This document shows positions 24,927 through 37,447 of a stretch of 64,000 nucleotides of DNA, in pieces. A model generated the notes under the pieces. That model saw only the letters and a list, made by a program, of their open reading frames with translations. It was not told the origin of the DNA and ran no database searches. A program made the translations under genes and the position numbers. The stretch spans positions 14,384 through 78,383 of the forward strand of contig CAJFCJ010000084.1 in NCBI GenBank assembly GCA_904063045.1. The letters are read 5' to 3'. This DNA comes from Dimorphilus gyrociliatus. Taxonomy: Eukaryota; Animalia; Annelida. Each line of letters begins with the position of its first letter. Position 1 is the stretch's first letter.

Positions 24927-26162
24927 ATGAAAGTTGCGGAAAAGTTGAAATTAACATTGAATGCATTATTAGTATCAATTGTAGTACAACAGCAATTTGG
25001 AGTTGTATCATCACGAACAGACAGTAAGAATTTTCCATTATTCATTCATCTTGTTTTTTAAAAATCATTCAACAATTTTTTTCAGTGTGTTTTACTGAAG
25101 AAATTCCTAATCGTGGTATCCATTTCAGTAATTTGGATAGGTTCACAGTCAGTCTGGAAGAATGCAAATTTAAATGTCTACAAAATCCTCTTTGCAGGTG
25201 AAAACATTGATTTGATGACAATCTGTTCTTTATCTAATATTCATTGTACACGCATAAAACATCTCTGCTTTTAGGTCTCTTGAATTTAATTATCAGCTTG
25301 ATGAGTGTTTCTTAAATAATGAGGACAAATACTCAAAACCTGATCTATTCAGAACATTTAATGGTTATGTTTACCTTGGTAGAATGAATGGGGTTTTGTG
25401 GTAAGTAAAAAGATCTATACAATTAAGCAATAGATAACTAATTTGCATAAATTATTCATCAAATAGATGCCATTGTTGATACAGTACAATGTTCAAATAT
25501 CTCTAATATATTATGTGGTTCACCTTTAACCAATCAGGATAATTGTGAAGGAAATGGATGTTGTTATAAAAATGGCAAATGTTACTATGATGACACATTC
25601 ATTCCTATGCAATAATGAGTCAAACTGTGATATGTACATGTACATTCCTGACAATAGACAAAAAGAATGCTCTACATTTACTGCTACAGCTTCCACCTGC
25701 AATTATAATTCAGAAGAGAATCCTCAGACTATTTTATCTCAATCCTGCACAAATTCACCAATTTTTGATGATGAAAAAAGTTCCAAGAGCCTTAAAATTC
25801 AAAATATAAGTGATGAAGAAACAGCTGGAACATGCATTAGTATTGAAATTGGTCGAATATTCAATTTAAGAATTCCTTGGCCTACAATTGATTCTCCATT
25901 CAAAAATTTCCATATTCTAATCAAAGGTCAGAATCTGCAAAAGTGTGGTTTATTAAATTCTGGAGTTTTGGCTTATGTTGAAATGGAAATCAATTTTTAT
26001 TGGGGCTTTTTAGGCTGTGAGTTGATTGACAGAGATGATAATGAATATTGTAGCTATTCTTGTACTTGTGGGCCTGATTACTGTCAGGCTGTGTACATTA
26101 AAGGTTTTGGTAAAAGCGAAGAAAATATGAAAATATGCTATTATGAAATAACAAATGTATGA
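24927..26162 (+). CDS. Secreted PAN/Apple + trefoil + Cys-rich C-terminal domain protein, frameshifted near 25590
   Basis: ATG at 24927; intron 25024-25085; PAN SLEECKFKCLQNPLCR/SLEFNYQLDECFLN; trefoil CSNISNILCGSPLTNQDNCEGNGCCYKNGKCYY; the frame then shifts into ORF 25545-26162. Confidence 0.75.
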
Positions 26163-27199
26163 CTTTGGAATGTGGAAAGAGAATACTCTAGCCAACATTC
26201 CTTCTTTTTCACAATTATGAGCTAGAATACACCCTTATCTATTACAAAACACTCATTTTGTGCTCATTTTGGTCATTTCTGCACATTATATATATATATA
26301 TTATTGAAGTATTTTGTTTGGCAAATTAAGATCAAAATTATCATATTTATAAATGGTTTATGTAAAGCTACCTGATAACTTAGCAAGTGCTACAAACTAT
26401 CTACTCTGCTATTGAACAATTTTTGTTGAATGGTTCAAGTAGAAGCAGTACTGTTAGAATTCTCAAATGCATAACTTGGCTAAGCAGAAGCAGTACAAGG
26501 CTAAGAACATGATTTCTACCATATATCATTGTTCAAAGCACCATCAATATTGGATGTTACATTTACTAATTTAGTTTAATTATTCATTAAATTTCCTATG
26601 AAGAAACTACTGAAGAGACAAAAATAAATACATATTGATTTACGCAATCAATTTCTCTCTTCTGTTCTAATACCTACAAATGCACAAAGGATTTTTTTCT
26701 AATGCTTCCGAGTACAAAAGTACACAATCTTAAATATCTCTCTTCATAACTTTGTCAATTAGACCTAACCTTTAGATGAGATCTCCCTTATGTATGAATC
26801 AATAGTTATCTTTTTCTGGCTAACTAGCCTTCTAATTTCTTATTGAGCAGATTTTCTGCCAATCCCAATTGAAATCCTACCTGCTGATACAAAATACTAT
26901 AGAATTTAGAATGAGAGAGTTGAAGCAAGGTCCTAAATGTTTTCAGTAGGGACCATTGTTAAAGTATAAAGTAGTTTAAATGTGACACTGTTCAGTGTAT
27001 ATATGTAAATTTTAGATTTTCAAGAGAAGTTTAACACTAAATTTGAATTAAACAGATGTATTGTGGCTACTAGCAAAACTATTGAACTTTTAACTGTATA
27101 ATAAAACTTATGATTTAAATTGTTATCTTTTCTAAAAAGAAAATTCCTAAAAGTGTGAAATACAGTCTAATTGGACTGAAGCATAAGACATAAAAAAGG

Positions 27200-28030
27200 A
27201 TAATGCCTGTACATGTTTACACTGTAATCATGTACTGTACGCCTATGCTTACCAACGAGTACACACATTCTATAGAGTATGCTCAAATTCATTCATCAAT
27301 GGAAAGGCAATATTTAGCAGTATTTAAACAGTGCTCTACACACCTAACATACAACGTTTACTATTCTTTACACCATTTTAAAAGTTAGTTGTAAAATACT
27401 TTTACATCTTAACTTGATTATTAAACCTATTTATTAAAAACATAATATTTAATGGGTACTAGGCGTATTTTACACTATTCTACGTATATTTCAAGTTTAA
27501 AGTTTATAATCAATTTTCAACAGTATTGTATGCACAATACTATTCTAGATGATCAAGTCTATTAGTTTTTACTCTATCATTGTCTTGTACTAGAATATTT
27601 TACTTTTGAAAAACAATTATTATCAATAATTTGTGGTATATATGAACAGCATTATGCTGACAAAACATCTATTTTTGTGAGTTGGAATCAATCCAACTTT
27701 TACCAAAATTCTTACATCTTATGCAATTTTCTCACCTACTAACAAGGGCTTTCCACAACAGTGTATAAGTAACAATTATGGAACAATATTTTATCCAAAG
27801 TGATATATTTGTTTGTGTGAATATTTATGAGCTGTGAACTGTCAATTGTTGGAAAAGTGTATAAAGCCTATGAATTTACCAGTAGGCAGTTCAGTTTTCT
27901 AACCACCAGCTTGGTGTTAAAATCTGCTTGTTTAAAACTAGAAACTCATTTACTCGATAAATATTCTTTGAATGAAATACTGGTGTTTTGTTGATAAATT
28001 TCTCACCAAATTTCATTTAATTGAGACTAC
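27200..28030. repeat. Second copy of the ~800-bp module (inverted relative to 17205-18010)
   Basis: Direct reverse-complement match; partial further copies at 29478-29670, about 38540-38640 and about 3660-3710. Confidence 0.85.
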
Positions 28031-28632
28031 TTGTGGATGAAGTTGAAAGGTTCTATTTGTTTGAGTACTTTGATAAACTGATAAATGATTGGAGAGGATG
28101 AATTTGATTTTAACGAGCAATTTGAAAAAATGGAAAACGCTTACTATATCTGCCTTGATGAATTCATTGCAAAGGAAATTGGAGGAAAATGTTTTCTGTG
28201 CTTCAAAACATGTCAAATTAAATGCATTCAAGGTCTATAATATTTTAACTCAGTAATTTTTGGTAGATTAAGAGCAAATAAGCTTCATGTTAGACTATGT
28301 TAGTCTTTGTTGTGATTCTACCTTACAAAGAGCTTCATAAGCTAAATCAAATGCTTGATTAGTTAACTGTTTGGATGTAACATATTAATTGAATGCTAAT
28401 TAAAATTAGTACATGGGTGTATTTAATTAATTATTTTAATTAGTCTACTTTGCACTCAAAGATCAGAGTGATGCTCATATACATCCATCCATCAATCATT
28501 TACTAAATGTTAACTTACTATTGCATATAATATATAAATATATCTTTATATATATATATATATATATATACTGTATCTTGGTTAAATTTTGAAAAGGTAC
28601 TGATTTCAATATTTTTCAATCTCAGAGAAAAT

Positions 28633-29408
28633 ATGAACTCAACTATGAATTCTACTTCTACATATTCTGCTTATGACCCTTCTGACATTATAAATATTAT
28701 GATAGTTACTGTATCGCCTAGCATTTTACTTTCTTTGGGAATATTGATTGGAATACCATTTAATACTTTGTCATTAATTACAATTTTAAAAAGTAATCTA
28801 TTCAATACTACTTTTTTTAGATATATGGTAATGGTTTCATTTTCTGATCTTTTGATAACTCTATTCAATGTACTGAGGTCCTTGTATCTCTTAAACATAA
28901 AGATAGTAACTCTTAAACTGGCTTTGATATTTAATTGCAAACTCTATCGATTTGTTTTTACTTGTTTTTCCCAAATTTCATCATGGGTTCTAATAGCTGT
29001 AACAATTGATCGATTTGTATGCATTGCATTCCCAACAAAGGCAAAAGTTTGGTCGACTCTTCGAACTTGTAACATAATTATTCTAGCAGCAGTTATCTAT
29101 GGATAACTCTAACTCTTTTATTATCCTCAACATTTATTATAACAACATTTCCAGTTAATTTGGTTAATATTTATTTAACTAAATTTGCATTGAATAAAGT
29201 TCTATCAATCGAAGTTAGATTTTCTTATGAGGTGTTAATGATTGTTAATAGTCTAAATCATATGATCAATTTTGTATTCTATTGTGTTTGTGGTGGAACA
29301 TTTAAAAATGAAATGTTTAAGATGTTAGGCTTGTCAAAATTCATCAGAGAAGTTAGCTATTCGAAAAGTTCACACTCACAAGAAATGACAAGAAATGACA
29401 AGAAATGA
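28633..29408 (+). pseudogene. Intronless peptide-receptor-type rhodopsin GPCR with an internal deletion (end of TM4 to TM5/ICL3)
   Basis: TM1 GIPFNTLS, TM2 SFSDLL, TM3 VTIDRFVCIAFP; at 29102/29103 the sequence jumps out of frame to TM6 ITLTLLLSSTFIITTFP and TM7 NHMINFVFYC. Confidence 0.85.
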
Positions 29409-29669
29409 ATGAACTAATAAAAAGGGTTAGTTTAGGGTTAGGGTTTGTAAATTAATTTATGAATATTTGTGATGTGCACACTGTCAACTATTGAAAAAGT
29501 ATATAAACCCCACGATTTTAACAATAGACAGTTCAGTTTTCTACCTCAGTTTGTTGTTAAAACTTGCTGGTTGAAAACTAGAAAGTCATTTATTCAATAA
29601 ATATTCTTTGAATGAAATACCAGTGTTTTGTTGATAAATTTCTCAAGAAAATTTCATTTATTGAGACTA

Positions 29670-30760
29670 TTTGTGTATTGTTATGCTTAGCTTAGTTACT
29701 GCAAGATGCAGTTTTCTACACAGGTGGCATCTCAACTGAGAAAGCTTTTTCAGCTTTAAAACCATGGATTGGAGATTATTAAAAATATAATTTGGGTGAT
29801 TTAATAGGTGGAGCTGTTATTCATTCTAATTAGTTGTATAAAATCTCCACCAACTCAATTACATTCCCCAATGCATCAAAAGTTGATTGGATTAAACCTA
29901 CAGAAAGAATACTAGAAATCATATCCAACATACAAACATCTATTAAATCTGCTTTTAAAATGGGAAACAACAAATTCATCGATGCAAATTTGAAATATAG
30001 AGGACATAACACCTGTTGGTTTGTCATCTGTTCATGATATCATACTTGCGAAGATACTCTCTGACTATATTTTTTAGATGAAACCATGGTAGGTTAATAA
30101 TATTTGGTAGCCACTCAACACATTGTTTACAATGTTATAATCACCTCCTCCCATCTCTACATCCCTTCCAAGTGGCTATCCTAACTTGGGTTCTATTGGA
30201 CCAGTACTTTATCACTGGGATTCATTTGTATCCCATTACTAACTGGATACCTTGTGGTAAAAGTACAATGATTATTGTACTTATTCTTGTTCACTGTGTC
30301 TTGAACAGTGATTACCTTTCTTTAGCAATGTATAGAATAGTACTGGTTCAAATAGAACCAAATTATATAACAGCAAGTATGGTAGAATAAAGTGAATATT
30401 ACAACAATATGTTTGAGTAAGGTTTATAATAAGTAAAACTAGCTCTACTCACACTTAAGGGTCAACAAATAATGCTGAATGCTATGTTCAATCACTCTCC
30501 TTTTATAAGGACTGCAATGGGACCCTGGGGGGTTTCCCGATCTGGTGTCCCTTAACAAATGTTCAGCAATGCAAATGAAGTTCAATCAGAACTGGCACAT
30601 TACTTTGAGTTAGTTCATGCCAAATTTGCTGTTCAGTACTCCATAAATCCAAAGATCATCATGGCCAAGGGTTTTAATTGCCCATTGATCATGAAGTTTG
30701 TCATTGCAGATGTCTAATGTCTATTTGTGTGAAGTTACTCAAAGACAGAGGATCTAATGT
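29670..30760 (+). mobile_element. Degenerate Cys-rich env/glycoprotein-like retroelement ORF
   Basis: Signal-like ICVLLCL directly after a module copy; Cys-rich fragments such as CNGTLGGFPIWCP; sub-segments repeated at 28040-28090 and 39000-39150; many stops. Confidence 0.3.
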
Positions 30761-31420
30761 TCCTAGTACTAACAAATTTTCCTTACTTTACTACAAAGGT
30801 ACTGTTCTACGTATAAACCAACACAATTACAATACAACAAAAATACAACAAAGTACATACAGGTTAGTTGTAAATTTCTGGAAAAAAAAATCTATAATAG
30901 GTATGGATGTTTTCTTACACGCAATCAGCATTATTCTCATATGGGTGTTTTCTTACAGCCCTGCTGTCTAGAAATGGAAATATAGATCAATTAAAAATTT
31001 TTAAAATCTTTTGTGTTGATCCACTTTGATTGGATGTCCAGTGTTCCACAAATCTTCAATCCATTTGGCTAAATGTCAAATGTTCCAATGACCCATAGGA
31101 CAACTGTTTCTTTGTTTATAGCCACCCAAAAGCAATAAATGAAATGTTTGTAACTCTAGATGACAATGTTTCTCAGGTTACAATGTAATGTTTTTTAGAT
31201 ACTGTCCTACATGATAAAAAAAAATGAGTGCTATTTAAAACTTGTAAATGGACAACAATTATTCTTCTAATATTTGTAAGTACACATTAGTAATAAGCTA
31301 GAATAGTAATTACTTTTTCTAGTAGTTCTCTCAAATTTCTTCTGTTCAACAAAGATCATAGGTTTTGTTTAAAGCATTAATACAGATCAGAAATTGCAAG
31401 GTGTTAGAAAATTTTTGAAT

Positions 31421-34400
31421 ATGAAGCAGCCATTGTTCAAAATTAATAGATTAATTACTGTGATTATTTGGAAATATCTACAAATTCAAATTTCTTGTAT
31501 AAATATTTCACAGCAAATTTTGTAAGAGAATGAACTATATGTAAAAGGCTTAGTCTTTCTCCAGGTAAATCAGTCTTTGGAGTATGCAATCATGATAAAT
31601 AGGCCAATTTTTAAATGGTTCAATGTTGAAAGAGTGGAAATTTGTAAAAGACTTGGTTATAATTCAGACTATTCAAGAGTTGAGTACAGTTTGAATGAAT
31701 CAAAGAAGGAATCTGTTCAATTAATTATAAATCCCTGTTGTGAATAGTTCGTAGAAAATGAAGTAAACATCAATAATAAATATTGAAATTTCTTTCATTT
31801 TAAGTAAAATTAAGAATGAGAAGATTCACGAAAGAATTATATTAACATGCTTCAAAAAGAACTCTTCATGTATGTATAAGAGGATAAGAGGCGGGAAGAG
31901 GACTATACTTGTCCATCTTTCTTTTATCATAATTGATCATTTTATCTGATTTTAGATTTACTAGTTATGAAATTGGAGGATAATTTATTTCAAATTCTTT
32001 ATAAGCAACAAAGTAGAATCTATACAGTTTCATTATCTGAAAACAGAGAATTAATTTGTAAAAATCACATGATTGTGATTAAAGATTCTCTTCAAATTGA
32101 AAATCAAACTGCTGTTATCACTTTTGATAAAAATAATAACATGAATGTAACAATTAAAGATTTCAAAAATTCTAAAACTCCAACATGCACTTACCTTGAA
32201 CTGGATGGTTGTTGATATTTTCATAAGCATATTATTTTCAATAAGGGCATATTTAAAGTTTAGATCAACCAATAGGCTATTGTTTTCAACTTTCTCTCAC
32301 CATTTTCAAACTATTCATTCCACTCTGTCATTATCCATTTTAGTCTAGTTGATTCACTTTAGATAATGTGTCCTTTTATTTTAAAAATCCAAAAGAATTC
32401 ATTAATCTCATATTTTCTATTTTATGCAGAATTCTTGATTGAAACATACAAAAGGAAATTTTCAAAGAGTTATGACAGGATTTTGATAAAAGAGAAATAT
32501 ATATATACAAGATATCTCACAAGAAATTCGAAAACGTATGGGTTTTCTTTCCTTGTATTTTCGCCCAACATACCTGATTCAGTTAAAAATTTATTTTTAT
32601 GCAAGAAATTTAATTATTCCGCATTTGGACCAGAAATCCCTTTCCCTCATATCATTAAAAACAATGTGAGTAGTACAACTTTGTTTGATAAACTACTAAT
32701 CTAGTTTTAAAAGCCTAATAGATTAATAATAAAAGGTTGTAAAATAGAGAAAAATGAAATAATTGGATGCTATTTTACTACTGAATATAAAAGTGGATAT
32801 TATGATTCTTATGAAGAAATACTATGCCAAACTGAACTTAATTGTAGGGCTATTTAATTTTCATAATTGTAAATTTACTTTTTATGAATTGTCTTATAGT
32901 TTCAGGAATGAGTTTAATTAATAAACATGAGAATCTCACTTTTCAAAGTGGTGTGTCAAGAGATAGTTTTGAAGGAAAATTGATTATTAACTATAATAGC
33001 ATATTCTATTATGTTAAATTTTTGAAGTTTTCTCATATTCAATTAATATGCAAATTTTTTGGATTTAAATCAGGTTCAATTTCAAAGAGGACACATGTGC
33101 TTTATTTTCATAATTATGGATATGTTATGTTTCTTTCTCATTTTGAATGTGAGAATAATGCTACAGATATAAACCAATGCAAAGGGATTGAGAAAGAGTG
33201 AGTTTTGAGGGGTGTAGTGATATTTGAGCCCAGGACAATTAAGCCCTTTATAGACATTTATGAAGCCCTTTTTTATTATTTCACTGAAATATCTGTCTTA
33301 AAATGAGCCATAATGTCCTAGCCCTGATTTTAGGATTTCAACAAACAAGAAAACTTATATTAAATAGTCTTACTTTTTTTTCCTTTACTACATTAAGTTT
33401 TCACATCGGAAGAGAAATTCTAATTCTAGTTTGTCATAATAAAGGTAAGTCTGTAATTAACAATAGTCTATCTAAGTGACATCAAACTTTCAGCTGTAAA
33501 TTGTAATGAAAAGGCAACAATTCACTTTGAAAATGTTTGTTATTACATATTTTGGTTTAATAAATCCCTTAGTATTGATGACATGGAAAAAAAGTGTTTG
33601 ATGTTAAATTTATCTTTGACTGATTTACCAACCTCTCATAAATATTTCCTTACAACATATATTTTTCATTATGTAAGAATAATTCCTGGTGCTAATGAGA
33701 ATTTTCTTTATGAACCATATTTAGTTATAGGTAAACCTTAATGAGATTATGTAATAATATATTTGTCATGGGTAAAACCATAGGGGGATTAAGTTGCATT
33801 CTTAAAAGTACTGATGTACTATCTCTCTTTCTAAGTGTTTAATAAATTTCACAGACTGAATTATTTATTGGATACTTCAGCATTTGATATATATATATAT
33901 ATATATATATATTAAATTCCTTTTCTAGGTATTTTCATGTTTGAAAGCTAAACCTGAATGATATTTTTTGATGAGCTATTACTAAAATTTCAGCTTCATC
34001 TCTATCCGAAGCTGCCTTAGTAATCTATTATAACTTGTTTATCAAAATTTCTCATTCTAGGTACAAAGAGAACTGAGAAAAATGGTCAAACTTATTTGTT
34101 AACATCCAATAATTATGTAGTGGATCTCCTAAACGTGTTCTATAGTCCTGCAGAGGAAGGTCTTGTGGAAAAAAAAGACTGCTATCGATATGTTCATAAC
34201 ACATCAGCATATTATAACTATTTAATGAGAGATCCATTTGAAAAATTAATAGGGAAAACTATATCCTATAAGTAAATATTCTGTAATTTTGTTTATTGTA
34301 AATAAAGAGATTCATTTGTATTTGTGATGTTTTCAGGAATTATGGAAATTCAGAATTTGAAATTGTAAATATTGCAAGTTTTTATAGAAGTAATGTACTT

Positions 34401-37400
34401 GTATGTCAAAAATTTGAGGGTTTGTATCACAGTTTTATAAGCTATCATAGATCCAATATTTGTCTATCAGATAACAAACCACTGTTTAATTCTCCACCAA
34501 CTTCAAACTCTACTTTCAAAGATAATTATTTTTTCTGTGTTATAAACGAGATTTATATTAATTCAGCTTATGTTTGTGATGGTTATAATGACTGTCCATC
34601 AAATGAAGATGAATTAAAATGTGGGGAAAATGAGAAAATTCATTTCTATTGTTCAGAAACTAATGAGATAATTAGTTATAGTTTGGTTTGTGACTTTGTA
34701 TATGATTGCAAAGATCATTCAGATGAACTACTCTGTGGTTTGTAAGTTTTTGATAGTCATAATTAAATCATAATTTTGAAATCTATTTTTCAGAGAGGAT
34801 AAAGTGTGAAAATAATACTCAGTAATTAAATATAAATACTCAATGTTGAAAATGCACACAATTCTGTCATTATATCATAATATCAAAGACAAACCTTAAC
34901 CCTATCATCATTAACCGCAATGTCTTCACCCTTAAATCATTTCACTAACATTAACCTAAAATTCAATCCAAAGCTTACATCCCAAAATTTCCTCACAATG
35001 AGCAATTTCAACAATCTTCCATCTGCTGAAGTCTTTACAAAACAGATAAACTTTCCTTTTGTTTCAGAGCAACATGTAGTAATAAGCAGTGCATAGCTTT
35101 GGAAAAAGTTTGCAATAATGAATACAACTGCTTTGATTACACAGATGAATTATGTCAGGATGAGGAATCAATTTCAACTCATTTCATAAAAAGTAAGTTT
35201 CTTGATTTGTCTTTTTATTAATTATATACAAATAAAGAAAAATTAACTAGATTGTAACAGTAAATACCAGTTGTTATGTGATGGGAAATGTATAACTAAT
35301 GAGGTCAAGTGTGATTTCAAGTCAGATTGCTATGATAAATCAGACGAATTATATTGTTCTGAAACTGAAAGATTTAGCAAGTGTAGAGAGATGTACAACG
35401 AAGATTTTTGCTATATACAGTATGATTCAAAGGGATTTATGAATAGTAAACCTGGTTATCCATTGAAAAATTTTCACATGTGCCTAAATCACACATGTTT
35501 AGCTCAACAATATAAATGCTACTATGAAGGATTTTGTATAAATATAGAACAAGTTTGCGATGGAATGAGCCAATGCCTTTATGGAGATGATGAAGCTAAT
35601 TGTGGTTGGTTGATTCTTTTCTAAATGAAAATAAAATGGTTAAAGAGCAAATTTTAAATAGGAGAGTTTATGCCAAAAGGTTTTTTTAAATGTAGAAGAG
35701 AGAAACTTTACCTCTCAACCACCAAACTCTGTAATGGTATACTTGATTGCAAGTTTGGGAGTGATGAACTAAACTGTATAAGTGAATTTGCTCAAAACAT
35801 ATCAAAATTTTGTGCTCAGTCATATGTGTTTGAATGGAGATGTAGTACAACATCTTCTTCATATTTGTCATCAATTGATGACAGAATTAAAATGATTGTT
35901 ATAAATGGAATGTTTCTGTTGGAAAAAAATGTGATAAATTCATTCCACCTAATTGTTTTGAAAGTATCAAATAATGAAGATATAAAAAACTGGAGAATTC
36001 AAAATATACCTAACATAATTCACATGGATATATCAAAGAATAGTATAAAAGACTTTAATTTCATAGAAAATAATCAAACACTGACATTACTTCAATATTT
36101 AAATGTTACACAAAATTTCATTAAAAATTTAAGCTTTTTCCAAAAAATCATCTGTGAAAATCTTTTAGTTTTAGATGTATCTTTTACAAAGCTTGGAACA
36201 ATTTACAAGAATTCTTTTCAAAATCTAAAAAAGCTTAAAATATTGAATTTACAGTATGTCCAAGTAAACTCTGTTGAAAAAGGGTCTTTTCAAATATTTC
36301 AGTCACTTGAAGAGTTAAATATAAAGGGTTTAAAAATATCTATTGATATGATGACTAACTTTGCTATCAGAAACAGAAAATTAAGAAAGGTTTTAAGTGA
36401 CCAGTTTCAAATATGCTGCATCATATCTAAATATCATAATGAATCAACCTATTGTAAACCAAAACATACTGCTTTTCTAACATGTGATCACATTCTGCCT
36501 ACAAATACTTTAAGAATTGTTTTTTGGTTGTATGGAATATCTGGCGTACTGGGCAACATATTTGTATTGTGTCGATCAACACTTTCTAAAAAACAGACAT
36601 TAAAATACTACCGGATGTTTTTGTCAGTAAGTGATATGTTAACAGCCCTTTACATGATATTTGTTTGTATAGCTGATGTATATTTTGGTGAGGACTACTT
36701 GGAAAGTGAAGAAAAGTGGAGAAGTGGATCACTTTGCCAAGGTCTTGGCACAATAATGTCATTTTCGCAACTCTATTCAATGATAAACATTTTTCTTATG
36801 GCACTGGAACGCTTTCAAGCAATACAATCACCTCTTAGACAACCATTTATATCAATTCATAGAGTTTCAATGCTAACAATATCATTATTCATGTGTCTGT
36901 GTGTTGTAGTAATTCCAATAATTCAATTTCAGGTATTTTGTTGTCGCTGTTGTCAATCAATTATTAGAATGATACTAAAGAAATTGTAAAAATTTTAAAG
37001 GAATATTATTCAAAGTCAACAATTTGTTTTAATATGCCTATTGGAGGAGATGATACTAGTGGCTGGATATATTCAATGATAATCTTTGGTTTCTTCATTT
37101 TGATTATAGCCCTAGCAATATCTATACTGAACATTATATTATTTATTACAATACATAAGAAATCCATTAATCCACAGTTAATTCATTTCAAAAATGCAAA
37201 AATTGCTACCAGCCTCTCTGCTTCCATATACATCTTATCATTTTCAAACATACTTTGTTGGATTCCTATTTCCATCTTGGGACTACTGTCCAAATTTTTT
37301 GATGTAGTCATAAAAAATAACCTATACGTTTTCATTTTTGGCCTTTTAGTTCCCCTTAATTCGATTTTAAATCCATTGATATACTCTTCAGATGAAATAA

Positions 37401-37447
37401 AATCCTATTTTAAGAGGTCAAGGAAAAGCAAAGAAAATATAAGGTGA
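31421..37447 (+). CDS. Large-ectodomain GRL101-like GPCR (SRCR-like, C-type-lectin-like, about 6 LDLa, LRR, complete 7TM); in-frame TAA at codon 35
   Basis: Collinear paralogue of 5135-10997 (ICKRLGY vs MCKNRGF; KLEDNLFQILY vs ELNNNLFELLY; HFENVCYY vs HFEHVCYY). LDLa ORFs 34422-34745 and 35271-35624; LRR-TM4 ORF 35670-36932 with ALERFQAI; last exon 37001-37447 with CWIP and NPLIY. Confidence 0.85.
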
